A stretch of 64,000 nucleotides of DNA. Origin: an uncultured Planctomycetaceae bacterium (GTDB taxonomy: Bacteria > Planctomycetota > Planctomycetia > Pirellulales > PALSA-1355). Below are positions 23,482 through 33,696 of the stretch, one piece after another. Each line of letters starts with the position of its first letter. The stretch's first letter is position 1. Below the pieces are notes generated by a model. That model was not told the DNA's origin and searched no databases. It saw nothing but the letters and a program-made list of their open reading frames with translations. The translations under genes and the position numbers were made by a program. The DNA lies in contig CAWAUV010000008.1 of the NCBI GenBank assembly GCA_963785305.1, positions 640,001 through 704,000 on the forward strand, read 5' to 3'.

Positions 23482-24960
23482 ATGATCACCGCACATCGAT
23501 CCAAAAGCCGGCTTGGCGGACGCGGCCTCGCGCCTTGCGGCTGGGTGTTGGCGCTGCTGGCGTTTTCCGGCTGCGAGGAGAAAGAAGAGACGCCCGCCCC
23601 CAGTGTTTCCACGCCACCGGCCCTGCACATCATTCATCCGCGCCGCGAAAAAATCAGCCATATTGTTGGGCAGCCGAGCTTCGTGCAGAGCTACGAACGG
23701 ACATCCATCTATCCCAAGATGACCGGGTACATCGAGAAATGGAACGTGGACATCGGCGACCGAGTGCAGAAAGGAGATGTGCTCGCGGAGCTGTTCGTTC
23801 CCGAACTCCGCGAGCTCTGGGGGACCAAGGAAGCGACGGTGGCCCACGACCGCGAGCGACTGCGGCATGCCCAAAAAGAGGTTGAGGTGGCGACCGCCGA
23901 TGTCGAGGCGGCCAAAGCCCGCTTGATTGAGGCACAAAAAATGCTCGCGGCCTATCAGGCGAAGGTTGATCGATGGCTTTCGGAAGTGGATCGCCTTGCC
24001 GAGGAAGTCCGAAAGCGCGTCGTGGCGCCGCAAATCCTGCTGGAGTCTCAGATGCAGTTGAAGGCGGACCAAGCCATGTGGGATGCGCAAAATGCGACCG
24101 TGCTGCGGACCGAAAAAGACTTGCTCGCCAAAACCGCGAGCATGGAAGCGGCGGAGATCGAGGTGGAGGTCGCGCGCACGGAGTTGCGAGTCGCCGAGAG
24201 CGAGTCCCGACGACTGCAAGCTTTGGTGGGTTACCTGAAACTATTCGCTCCTTATGACGGAATCATCATATCACGGAACGCCAATACATGGGATTTCGTG
24301 CTGCCGACCGAAGGCGATCCCACGGCGGAAGATCGAGCGCCCCACCTTTCCCCCGGACGCCAAGCCGCTCCGATCTATGTCGTGGATCGAACGGACATCG
24401 TTCGGATTTTCGTCGATATCCCGGAACGCGACGCCAACTATGTGAATGTGGGAACGCCGGCGAACGTGAAAATTTGGGGATACAAGGACACTTGGATATC
24501 GGCTTCCGTGACGCGAATGGCCTGGGCTCTCGACACCAAAAGCCGCACGATGCGGGCCGAGATCGATCTGCCGAATTACGACAGTAAAATCCTGCCGGGG
24601 ATGTATGCCTATGGGAAAATTATCGTCGAACATCCGGCAACCATGCTCCTGCCGAAATTCGCCCTGAGTCACACGGGCGGCAAGTCGTTTATTTGGCTTT
24701 ATCACAAGGGGAAAGCAAAACGCACTGAAATCGAAACCGGAATCACCGAGGAGAAATGGATCGAAGTCACGGCCCGTGGCACGGACTCGAAATATCACGG
24801 GCACGAGGAATGGACCGAGATCGATGGGTCGGAAGAAGTGCTGGTTGGTCCCAAATTGTCCACGCTGACCGATGGCACGGAAGTGCGAATCGACAATTCG
24901 CCCGCCAAGCTTCCCGAGCGTCCCATCGATCGCAAGAACAATGCGGTCGTGGCGCCATGA
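23482..24960 (+). CDS. RND efflux periplasmic adaptor (membrane fusion protein), lipoprotein
   Basis: Lipobox LAFSGC; lipoyl halves (TGYIEKWNVDIGDRVQKGDVL; LFAPYDGII) around a long coiled coil; LPGMY. Start approximate. Confidence 0.9.
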   Translation: MITAHRSKSRLGGRGLAPCGWVLALLAFSGCEEKEETPAPSVSTPPALHIIHPRREKISHIVGQPSFVQSYERTSIYPKMTGYIEKWNVDIGDRVQKGDVLAELFVPELRELWGTKEATVAHDRERLRHAQKEVEVATADVEAAKARLIEAQKMLAAYQAKVDRWLSEVDRLAEEVRKRVVAPQILLESQMQLKADQAMWDAQNATVLRTEKDLLAKTASMEAAEIEVEVARTELRVAESESRRLQALVGYLKLFAPYDGIIISRNANTWDFVLPTEGDPTAEDRAPHLSPGRQAAPIYVVDRTDIVRIFVDIPERDANYVNVGTPANVKIWGYKDTWISASVTRMAWALDTKSRTMRAEIDLPNYDSKILPGMYAYGKIIVEHPATMLLPKFALSHTGGKSFIWLYHKGKAKRTEIETGITEEKWIEVTARGTDSKYHGHEEWTEIDGSEEVLVGPKLSTLTDGTEVRIDNSPAKLPERPIDRKNNAVVAP

Positions 24961-25145
24961 ACTCGCGCTCGAAAATCATTCGCCGTGCGCTTTGGTCGAG
25001 AATCGGTGTCAATGACGCGGATGATTGTTTTCGGCGATGCGGCTAGCACGGAAAACGCCGTCTGGCTCGCGGGCATGCATGCATCGGTCGACCTACAACT
25101 AACCGCCCTGTTGTCGAGCACGTGCCTCATGGGAGATGTCGCGCC

Positions 25146-26883
25146 ATGTCAAAGCAATCGGATTCGAAGCAGTCGGATTCTCCTGATTCGATCGCGGTTC
25201 GCGCTCGCGAAGTCGCCGAGCATGAACGGGACAAATATGTCGAGCTGGCATGCGGCTCCAATGATTATTTGAAGGAGGAGGTCCGTAAACGGATCGAAGA
25301 CGAGGGGAACCAGAAGGACGGCCAAGAGGACGAGGACGATCACGAGAAGCAAGACGAGGAACAGAACAAGCCAGACGGCGAACGAAAAGACGGCCAAGAC
25401 GGGGCCGCCCAAGAAAAGAGCGACCACAAAAAGAACGGCGAGGAAAAAGGCAGCAAAAAAAAGAGTGACAGGGAAGAAAACGACGAGGAAGGCAGCGACG
25501 GGGAAAAGAGCGAAAAACAGGGCGACGAGCCCAATGAAAAGCGTGATGATCAAGGCGAACGGAACAAGGACCAGCAACAAGAGAAACAGGGCGGCAACAA
25601 CGGCAGGAAACCGGCCGACAAGCAGAATTCCGGGCAATTCGAGCAGAACGGCAAGCAAGCCAGCAAGGGCGAGGACGCGACGCAAGGGCGGGCCAGTGAC
25701 CAAGATGGACGCTCGAAAGACAAGGCAAATCGGCATGACCGGCCAGGTCGGCTGACACACCTTTGGAGAACCGCGAAACGACATCGGACGCTCGCGGCCA
25801 CGCTCGCGGGATTCGCCCTGGTTGCATTCACCGTGGTCGTCGGCGGGATTGGAGTGTCGGTCTGGGCCTACGAGGAAGTGGCACAAGCGGAAAAAGACAC
25901 GAAGAAGGCGGAAGACAAGGAAAAGAAGGCGGAGGAATCAGAGCGTGATTTCAAGGGAAAGTATCAGCGCCTCCGAATCCGCGAGGAAGCAACTGAAAGA
26001 GCAGTTTGATGAAGAGAAGAAGAACAATAAGTCCCTGGAACAATCCGCGGAGAACAAGCAGGCCGTCTTGGATTTCTTGAAATCAACGATTCTCGCCGCC
26101 GGCCGCCCGGCGGAGACATCGCTAGCCGAGGCTTACTGGAAAGGAGCCCTGGACACCGCTCACGACGCCTCGTTGAAGCAGGCGGTCGACCTCGCGGCTT
26201 CTCGGGTCGAGAGCGCGTTTCAGAACCAGATGGTGGCGGAGGTCATGGCGCGCGAAATCATTGGCACGGTCTATCTCAACCTCGGAGAGCCCCGACAAGC
26301 ATTTCCACAATTCGAGAAAGCATTTGAAATGAGGGCGGCCTTGCACGGATTCGAAGCCGCGGAGACAGCCCGCTGTCGAAATCGCCTGGCCATCGCCTAT
26401 CGGCTCGCTGGTCGCGCCGCGGATGCCAGTCGGCTCTTCGAGCAGAGAACTCAGTCCGAGGCCTATTCCGAAGCGATTGTCGTCCAAGGTAAGTTGCTGC
26501 TCTCTCGGAAAAAGCCCGCCGAAGCGGAACTCAAGTTTCGTCAATGCCTGAACTATCGTCAGGTCAACGCCCCTCGAGAAGCGTCGACCTTCGAAGTCCA
26601 GTCGTTGTTGGGCGCGGCGCTGGTGGAGCAGCACAAATTCGAACAGGCCGAGACGCATCTGCTGGCGGCTTACGAAGGCCTCGGAAAGCTGGTAAGCGAT
26701 GGCTCTTCCCTGGCCAGGCAGGACCTCATTACGACCGCGGAGCGATTGACAGCGCTTTACTTGAGCTGGGGCCGCGCGGAGAAGGCGGAGCAGTGGATGC
26801 GGGAGCTTGAGTCGATCAACGTGAGCGCGGAGCCCGCGCCGTCGGGCGTCGGCGCGAAGGCGCCGGTTGGCGACGGAGAGTGA
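25146..26883 (+). CDS. Single-pass membrane TPR protein with long charged low-complexity N-region; Ser/Thr-kinase-like scaffold without a kinase domain (apparent frameshift near 25968)
   Basis: ORF 25122..26009 has an N-cap, D/E/K/Q/G-rich stretch and TM helix. ORF 25822..26883 has TPRs (IGTVYLNLG...LLGAALVEQHKFEQAE.LLAAYEG). Confidence 0.72.
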
Positions 26884-27138
26884 CCCGCCTTGGCAGCCGG
26901 GGTGCTGGAGTGTTCTGATAATCGTCGGGAGCGGTAAAGTACCGCGGAAGTCGTCAGCAGCCCATCCAGCGTACGGCTGGCAGGTGCGCGATCGGCGGCC
27001 GACCGTTGCCCTTTGGCCGCGCCATTCGGCGATCTGGCGCTCGTAGCCTTGGTGGCTGGCCGCGAAACCGTACGGGCCGATAGGCCCTAAATCAACAGCC
27101 CGGCGAGCCCAAGGAAATCCGGAAGCGGAATATCGCGA

Positions 27139-27210
27139 GGAAATCCTGCGCGGCGCTTCAACCTTGCGTGAATCCGAGCGGAAATCCTGCGCTGGCGCTT
27201 CAGGCTTGTA
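27139..27210. repeat. Two-copy direct repeat / REP-like remnant between convergent genes
   Basis: GGAAATCCTGCGC(T)GGCGCTTCA at 27139 and 27180. The second continues as GCTGGCGCTTCAGGCTTGT, resembling planctomycete intergenic repeats. Confidence 0.5.
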
Positions 27211-27252
27211 TCTCATGTTCCCAGGCGGGCGTGATCCCGCGCAGTCGAGGCA

Positions 27253-28586
27253 TCAGCCGGTTTCCTCGATTGCCGCATGCGTCAATTCCGGCAGCTTGGC
27301 GAGTGATCGCAGGTCGGCGGCCACGCGCGGGTGGGCAAAAATGCGCACCCGCTTCACATAATCGTCGAACTGTTCGTGGGCCAGTGCCCGCGACACCGGC
27401 GACACTTCGCCCAGCGAGCGATAGCGGTTTTGCTTTCCGTAGAACACCGGAATATCGAACTGCACCTCGCGCTGGGCCGGCGGGGCGTCGAAGAGAATCT
27501 CATGCGGGGCCACGACCCGGCCGAGCGCGCTGCTGGCCCGCGCGGCGAAGCGCTCGCCGCAGGCCGCCAGCCAGGGATAGGGCTTGCGGGCCAGTCGGTC
27601 GTACAGCTCGCGCTCCTCGAAGATATTGTACTGCGCCACGCGCTTGTAAATCCTCCGCGCGGGACCAAACAGCCCCTCGAGTAGATCGGCCGCCGCCGAG
27701 CCTTCGGCCACCGCGCCAGTCGCTCGATCATGGCGGTTTCGGTCAGTCGAAACAGCACATCCAAGTCGAGCGATCCTTGCAGCAGGTAAAACGCCCGCTG
27801 GAGCATCGCCGTGGCCGAGCGCACGGCATGATGCCAATAGACTTCGCTGAACATCACATAGCGGGCAAACACCATCAGCTCGGCCGCCGTTTTGCCTTTG
27901 TCGCTGATCGCCAGCCCATCGCCGGCCGCGTTGAGGCACAAGCTCGCGATCAAGCGACCCTGATCGAAATTGCGCCCGTAAGGCACGCCGGCATGCAGAC
28001 TGTCGCGAGCCAGGTAGTCCATCTTGTCGATGTCGATCGGTCCGGAGAGCATGCTCGAGAGAATCTTGCCGCGCTGGTCGCGAGCCTTTTCCGAGAGCAA
28101 GGCCACGATCTCGCGCGGCTGCATTCGCCATTCGTCGCGCAGCACATCGCCGATTTCGCCTTCGAGCAAAAAGCTGTTTGCCAGCAGCTCATGCTCGGGC
28201 ACTCCGGGCAGGCGCATATCTTCGATCGGATGGCAGAACGGCCAGTGGCCCAGGTCGTGCAGAAGGGCCGCCGCGAGAAACAGTTCGCCATCGGCCGGAG
28301 CGATGGCGTCGCGGAAGCGGGGATCGTGCGACAAATGGCGCAGGAACAAGAGCGCCAGGCGGTACACGCCCAGCGAGTGCTCGAACCGCGTGTGGTGGGC
28401 GGCCGGATACACGAGCGCCACGAGGCCCAACTGACTGATATGCGCCAGTCGGCGAAAGTCGCTGGTGTCGATGATGGCCCGCACGCGCGGCGTGAACGGA
28501 ACATCTATTTCCGGCGGAATTCGCACCAGCGCACCGCCGCCATCGAGCGCGGCCACTTCCGGAATATCGCGCAAATGCGAGGTCAT
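27253..28586 (-). CDS. HD-domain phosphohydrolase, SAMHD1/dNTPase-like (apparent frameshift near 27712)
   Basis: FRRL..ISQLG, HTRFEHSLG, LLHDLGH.PF.H, IDIDKMDYL.RD, MFSEVYWH; C-terminus in ORF 27253..28131. Confidence 0.88.
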
Positions 28587-28627
28587 CGGGTTCGTTCCTC
28601 GCGGCGCTCATGGGAGCGCCGGCGCTT

Positions 28628-29335
28628 TCAAACCGGGTTGCTCGCGCGGCGGCGAACCGGCTGACCGGCCGAAGCGGTTCGCGCCGCGCTGTCGGCGGCA
28701 AACATCTCCAACATAAAGTCGGCCACGCGCGCCGGATCGCGGTATTCGCCCAGCGATTCCAAGTCCTGCCAGAGTTGGGCGCCGATCGCCAAAGTGCGAC
28801 TCAAGTGCGGCGGACAGCTTGCCGCCCAATCGGCCGGTAGCGGATGCGCGGCGATCTTCTCTTCGAGTCGCTCGGCCAACTGGTCCAAGCGCGACACGGT
28901 CTCGAATCCGCCGGGCCCAACCACGAGCGGGTTGTCGCGCCCCGTGACAAAGCTGCGGCAATCGTCCTTGTAGATCACGACCGGTTTGCCGAGCATCCAC
29001 GCCATGGTGCTTTCGGCCACCGCGCCTTCGTCGGGCACGCGGCCGTTCATGTTGAACACGAGCGAGCCGCAGCGAACCACGACTTGATACGTGTCGAGCG
29101 CGAAAATGGCTTCATGCAGCCATTGGCCGACGCGCTCGCTCGCATGGCCACTGGCGACCAAGTGCGGCCGCACCAGGGCGAACTCCATTCCATCGGAGTG
29201 GGGCACGAACGTTTTAAAGCCCGCCGCGTTCAATGCGTCGGCGATTCGCAGCATTTCCAGTCGCTCCGCCTCGTTGAACAGCGGGCCGGCGCAATACACT
29301 CGCCGCATCTCGCGCAGCGGAAATAGCGGAACCAT
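28628..29335 (-). CDS. Nucleoside 2-deoxyribosyltransferase / nucleotide N-glycosidase family protein
   Basis: VYCAGPLFN, FVPH, IFALD, PDEGAVAE..MA...GKPV. Alternative start at 29308. Confidence 0.85.
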   Translation of the reverse strand: MVPLFPLREMRRVYCAGPLFNEAERLEMLRIADALNAAGFKTFVPHSDGMEFALVRPHLVASGHASERVGQWLHEAIFALDTYQVVVRCGSLVFNMNGRVPDEGAVAESTMAWMLGKPVVIYKDDCRSFVTGRDNPLVVGPGGFETVSRLDQLAERLEEKIAAHPLPADWAASCPPHLSRTLAIGAQLWQDLESLGEYRDPARVADFMLEMFAADSAARTASAGQPVRRRASNPV

Positions 29336-29353
29336 GCCGTGTGCGCCTCGTCC

Positions 29354-29391
29354 TTGTGTCGCGTGGTTGTGTCGCGTGGTTGTGTCGCGTG
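29354..29391. repeat. 13-bp tandem repeat x3 (TTGTGTCGCGTGG), intergenic
   Basis: Units at 29354, 29367 and 29380. Confidence 0.9.
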
Positions 29392-29464
29392 CTTCCAGAC
29401 GCCGCGCAACGCAGCGCCGCTTTCGCAGCCCGATGGATACTTCGGACTTTCTTTCTCGGAAAGC

Positions 29465-30325
29465 TCAAGCTAACGGTTTTTCGCCATATTGGCCAGGGGC
29501 GACGAGCACATTGAGGCTGCCGGAGCGGAAGCCCTCCAGGTCGAGCGAGATGAATTTAAACCCGAGTTCGCGGAAGCGTCCGCAGAGAACCGCGCGCGCG
29601 GCTTCGCTCGTCAGGCGTTCGAGCATCGCCAGCGGCGCTTCGATTCTCGCCAGGTCGCCTTCGTGGTAGCGCACGCGCACCGGACTCACGCCGAGCGCTC
29701 GCAACGCTTGCTCGGCGCTGTCGATCATTGCCAGCCGCTCGGGCGTCACCTGTTGTCCATAGGCCAAGCGGCTGCTCAGGCAAGGGCTCGCCGGTTTGTC
29801 CCAGATCGGAAGCTTCCAGCGGCGGGCTAGGTCGCGCACTTGCGCTTTGGTCAATCCGCATTCGGCGAGCGGGCCGCGAACCGCGAAGTCGCGGGCCGCT
29901 TGCATGCCGGGGCGATAGTCGCCCAGATCATCGAGATTCGCGCCGTTGACGATCGCCCGCACGCCCCGCGCTCGGGCGATGCTCGCCAGTTGGCCATAGA
30001 GCTCGGTCTTGCAATGGAAACAGCGATCCGGGGCATTGGCCACATAATGCGGATCGGCGAGCTCGTGGGTGTCGATCACTTCGTGGCGGATGCCGATGAG
30101 CGTGGCGATGCGCGCCGCTTCATCGAGCTCGCCCGAGGCTAGGCTCGCGCTGCGGCCGGTCACGGCGATTGCCTCGTCGCCGAGCGCGAGAAAGGCCGCC
30201 TTGGCGACCACCGCGCTATCCACGCCGCCCGAGTACGCCACGAGGCAACTTTTCAACTCCCGGATCGCGGCCACGAGGCGTTCGCCGTCGGCGACAGTCC
30301 TGGCGACTTGGCTGGCGTCGTGCAT
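29465..30325 (-). CDS. larE: LarE family ATP-dependent sulfur transferase (PP-loop)
   Basis: VAYSGGVDS, RCFHCK, G.N.DD.GDYRPG, WDKPASPCLSSR, VRVRYH, LDLEGFRSGSLN. Confidence 0.92.
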   Translation of the reverse strand: MHDASQVARTVADGERLVAAIRELKSCLVAYSGGVDSAVVAKAAFLALGDEAIAVTGRSASLASGELDEAARIATLIGIRHEVIDTHELADPHYVANAPDRCFHCKTELYGQLASIARARGVRAIVNGANLDDLGDYRPGMQAARDFAVRGPLAECGLTKAQVRDLARRWKLPIWDKPASPCLSSRLAYGQQVTPERLAMIDSAEQALRALGVSPVRVRYHEGDLARIEAPLAMLERLTSEAARAVLCGRFRELGFKFISLDLEGFRSGSLNVLVAPGQYGEKPLA

Positions 30326-30397
30326 GGCTTGCTTCGCTGTAAAACGTCGCGGCTTGGATCGAAAAGGCGCTGGCCGCGCGAGACGGAAATAAAAAAA

Positions 30398-30626
30398 GCG
30401 GATCGCTCCACCGCAATGCCGTGGCGATGCGGTTTTCGCGAGCCCGTTGCTGAAATGTGGGCGCCCGGGGCCTGGAGTTGTGTGATCCGGCGCCGCGAGG
30501 CTCGAAAGGCTCGGGGTGGCGGCTATACACGCGGCCGGGCCCATTAAAAAATTCGGGCTCCCAACGGACTGCTTATCGGCTCCGCAAAAATGTGCGTCGC
30601 AACACGCGCATGGCGGAGCGATCCGC
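30398..30626 (-). ncRNA. ssrS: 6S RNA
   Basis: On the minus strand the 5' end GCGGATCGCTCCGCC pairs with the 3' end GGTGGAGCGATCCGC. Internal GAGCCGATA, TTGGGAGCCCGAATTTTTAATGG and GGGCGCCCAC...CGGGCTC...ACGGCA match recalled 6S RNA segments. Followed by a T7 run. Confidence 0.8.
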
Positions 30627-30634
30627 CGCTTCTT

Positions 30635-30663
30635 ATCCTAAGGTGGCGGATGGCCGATGAAAA
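30635..30663 (-). promoter_or_regulatory. Putative sigma70 promoter of the 6S RNA
   Basis: Minus strand TTTTCA-17 bp-TAGGAT, ending about 8 nt before the closing stem. Confidence 0.45.
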
Positions 30664-30706
30664 GAGGCTCGGGGGGCGATGAATGACCGCCTGGGCGATT
30701 CGCCCG

Positions 30707-31518
30707 TTACATGATATCCGGCGAGGAACCGCGCGACATCGGGTCTTCGATCTGTTGGCGAATCAGGTCACGCAGCCGGGCGGCTTCCTCGAAGCGTTCG
30801 TCGCGGATCGCCGTTTCCAGATCGGCTCGCAGGCGGGCCAATCGGTTTTCCGGCTCGATGTTGAGCTTCGCTGGTCGCTTTTCCTCCAGCTGGCCGCGCC
30901 ATTCGATGAGCTGGGTCAACTCGGCGCAGCCTTCGGCATTGTGCTGCTGATCGTAGTCGACAAGGAACTGCCGGATGCCGGCGATCGCCGCGTCGACCAC
31001 GCGCACCGCCGCTTCGTAGTCGCCCAGCGAAATGAGCGGCGTCGCCACGGCCCGCGCGTGCATCATCGTCACATACGGCCGATACTGGTCGAACAGCAGC
31101 TTGTCTTTCGGATCGGCCGCGAACTCGCGCACATAGGCGAAGAGCTTCAAATTCCGATTCGTGTCGCGGGCACACAGTTCATATCGCTCGAGCCGCCAGA
31201 AGCTGATGTAGCGATGATAATACTGCACGCCCTCGCGGAGCAGCCGCGCCAGTCTTCGCTATCGAGCGTAAAGGGCGGGCCATCGGGATAGCGCTGGTCG
31301 TGTGTTTGTTGGCGCCGCTGATAATACTCGAGCCACGACTCGCAATCCTTGTTGACCCGCTGGCCATCGGGCCGGCCGTCGAACTCCATTTGCAAGAGTC
31401 CGAGGTCGAGCCGCAATTGGATCTTGTCGCGGCCATCGTCGCCCGGCACGATGCGCACGCTGATTTTTCCGGGATGAAATTCCCAGCCGTCGAGAATGGA
31501 GTGGATATCCTTCGCCAC
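30707..31518 (-). CDS. UvrB/UvrC-motif-containing conserved PVC protein (apparent frameshift near 31248)
   Basis: N-part IQLRLDLGLLQME..GRPDG (ORF 31147..31518); C-part QYYHRY...RDT.RN and UVR motif LETAIRDERFEEAARLRD. Confidence 0.85.
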
Positions 31519-31737
31519 GCTGCGCTCGCCTCGAAACCAGAGTCACCCCGGAGCTGTCCGGAGTCTCCGAAATGCTCGAAGTTCCCTAGGCACTCAGGGT
31601 CGTTGTCGACAGTTCGAGCGTTAGTCTATCCGGGAATCGCCGCGGCGGGGAGGGGCGCAAACGGGCGGTTCTTTCCAATGCGCGCGACGCGGGGGGGCAT
31701 GCGAAGCGCGATCGCGAAGCACGGCCGATCGCGAAGC

Positions 31738-31774
31738 AGTGTCGAAGCGAGGGGTAGTGTCGAAGCGAGGGGTC
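31738..31774. repeat. 18-bp tandem duplication just downstream of the DUF4912 stop
   Basis: AGTGTCGAAGCGAGGGGT twice, preceded by GATCGCGAAGCA twice. Confidence 0.75.
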
Positions 31775-31777
31775 GGT

Positions 31778-33118
31778 TCAGTCGGCGAGCGATTCGCGAA
31801 CGACAGGTTCCATGATCTTCGTATTGCGTTCGACCGCCAACACCACGGTCCGCTGTTCGGCGCCGCCGGCGGCGTAGGCCACCACCGGAATCACTTGCCG
31901 CTGATTGGGCAAGCTCATCCGCACCGTGAAGGTGCCATCGGCTCGCAGCTTGACCGGCTCGCCGCGCATCGTCACTCGAGCATCGCTCCGGGTGGCGCCG
32001 TAGATGATCATCTCGGCGTCGACCGTGAGGGCCAAGTCCTTGGGCGTCGCGAACATGCCTTCGATGCCGCCGACATAGCCCTCGGCCAAGGTAGCGCCCA
32101 TCGGCCGCCTCAGCCGCTCCTCGAAGAGCTCTTGCAATTCGGCGCCGCCGCGCTCGACGGCATAGCCGCCGCTCTGGGCGTAGATTTTTTCGAAGTTTCG
32201 AGCCACATCGGCCCAATTATCGTCGAGTGCGTCGCTCGCGCCGGGCGTGGGCGTGGTGACGACATTGCCGCGGGCGATCGCAAAGAATTTGCCCGTGCGC
32301 CCCCGGTAGCCGATCTCGACCCGGTAGCTCTTGGGCGGCTCGACCACATGGATATACCAGTTGCTCACGCCGCCATGAATCTCGATCTCTTGCGACACGC
32401 GCTCCGAAGCGCTCGTGGCGCCGCCTTCGGTGACCTCGAGCACCCGCAGCGTGGGCCGGGCCAGATGCCATTCTTGGCCCATGGCCGCCTTGGCTCGCTC
32501 GACGCTCTGCCGAGTGATTTCCCAATAGGCATGCAGCCAGAAGCTATCGCGCACCATGACAATGATCCGATCCTTGCGGGGCGAGGCCTTCGCGTCGGAT
32601 CCGTTGGCTAGGTTTTGCGATTGCTCATGCCGCGAGCGCTCGACCCGTAGCCGCTCGAGCGCACGGCGGGCAATGGCGCTCGCCGGTCGGGCCGGAGCGG
32701 TGGGCGGTTGCACGGGGCGACTCACCACCTTGCGCGGCGCGGCCGTTGATGCCGCGGTGGCGGCCGGCGCCTTCGTGGCGCCTCGGGCGGCGCCGTTTGT
32801 CGGCAGCGAGGCGCTCCGCGAGAGCGCACGCGTGACGACGCCGCGCGATGTGGTCTCGGCCGCGAGGCGGCGGCGGCGCTGGGCGGGCAGCTTCGCGCTG
32901 CTCGAGCCTGTCGTTCGCGAGCTGCTGGAGCGGCTTGCGGGCGCCGCCGGCTTCTTCGCCAAGCGAGAGGATTTCGCGGCGGCCGATTTCGCGGGGCTCG
33001 CCAGCAAGGCTTTCACCAGTTGATCCTTACGCATCGAATGCCAGCCGCGCACGCCGCCTTGCTTGGCCATTTCCGCAAGGTCTTTGTGACTGTACGACTT
33101 GAGAGTGGCAGGGGTCAT
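31778..33118 (-). CDS. DUF4912 domain protein with N-terminal Rho-N-like motif
   Basis: KDLAEMAK..GV.GWHSMRKDQLV; basic linker; MVRDSFWLHAYWE, NWY, YRVEIG; C-terminal DAEMIIYGAT. Confidence 0.88.
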   Translation of the reverse strand: MTPATLKSYSHKDLAEMAKQGGVRGWHSMRKDQLVKALLASPAKSAAAKSSRLAKKPAAPASRSSSSRTTGSSSAKLPAQRRRRLAAETTSRGVVTRALSRSASLPTNGAARGATKAPAATAASTAAPRKVVSRPVQPPTAPARPASAIARRALERLRVERSRHEQSQNLANGSDAKASPRKDRIIVMVRDSFWLHAYWEITRQSVERAKAAMGQEWHLARPTLRVLEVTEGGATSASERVSQEIEIHGGVSNWYIHVVEPPKSYRVEIGYRGRTGKFFAIARGNVVTTPTPGASDALDDNWADVARNFEKIYAQSGGYAVERGGAELQELFEERLRRPMGATLAEGYVGGIEGMFATPKDLALTVDAEMIIYGATRSDARVTMRGEPVKLRADGTFTVRMSLPNQRQVIPVVAYAAGGAEQRTVVLAVERNTKIMEPVVRESLAD

Positions 33119-33558
33119 GGGTGCTACCTCGGATACGCCATCGAGCGACCATGACGGGAAGCAGGGGTCGCGATTCGGGCGGCTGGGGGTTGCGCGTCCG
33201 TGCTGACCTGGTGGGGGTTAGGTTCGAGCCTCGTGGTCGGTCCCTTGGCCACGCAATCGCCACAAGCTGGCGAGACCCGATTCCCCTCGAAAAGAGGGGC
33301 AAATGGGCCGGCATCGAACTAAACAAATCCTAATCGAACCGCGAGCAAAACGCAATGCGCTCGCCTGGGTATCGCTGCCCACGATGCGGGTTCGCCCGCG
33401 GCGACCTGTTCATTTCTGGCGGCGCTCGGCGGCGCGATTTTGCGGCCCGCCGCATGGTCTAGGAGACGAAATCGGGCGCCTTAACCTATTGAGGTGGTGG
33501 ATTTTGGGAGTCGTGGTCCTACTTCGTGAAAAAAAACACGAATTTGGCCTCCGACCCG

Positions 33559-33587
33559 TTGTATTGTCGACCCCGTTGGATTAAATT
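33559..33587 (+). promoter_or_regulatory. Putative sigma70 promoter of the atp operon
   Basis: TTGTAT-17 bp-TAAATT in an AT-richer segment about 110 bp upstream of the first atp gene. Confidence 0.4.
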
Positions 33588-33696
33588 GCGAACCTTACAA
33601 GCTCTTAAAAATTATCGAAGTCCCGTTGTACCCAGGCAGTTTTCCTTTCCAGTCCGATCCTTTGCTTTCTAGCCCGATAGCTCATGGGGCCGGCCA

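Noticed and set aside
25149..25886. Very hydrophobic 245-aa minus-strand ORF resembling a multi-pass membrane protein
   Set aside because: It is the antisense shadow of the purine-rich E/K/D/Q codons of the plus-strand gene.
26884..27135. Possible small gene in the gap after the TPR protein
   Set aside because: No ORF with a credible start or recognisable motif; only the short repeats at 27139-27210 are supportable.
30326..30544. Extended N-terminus of larE from ATG 30544, or a riboswitch upstream of larE
   Set aside because: The region is explained by the 6S-like RNA and its T-rich end. LarE similarity begins near ATG 30325, and I recognise no riboswitch consensus.
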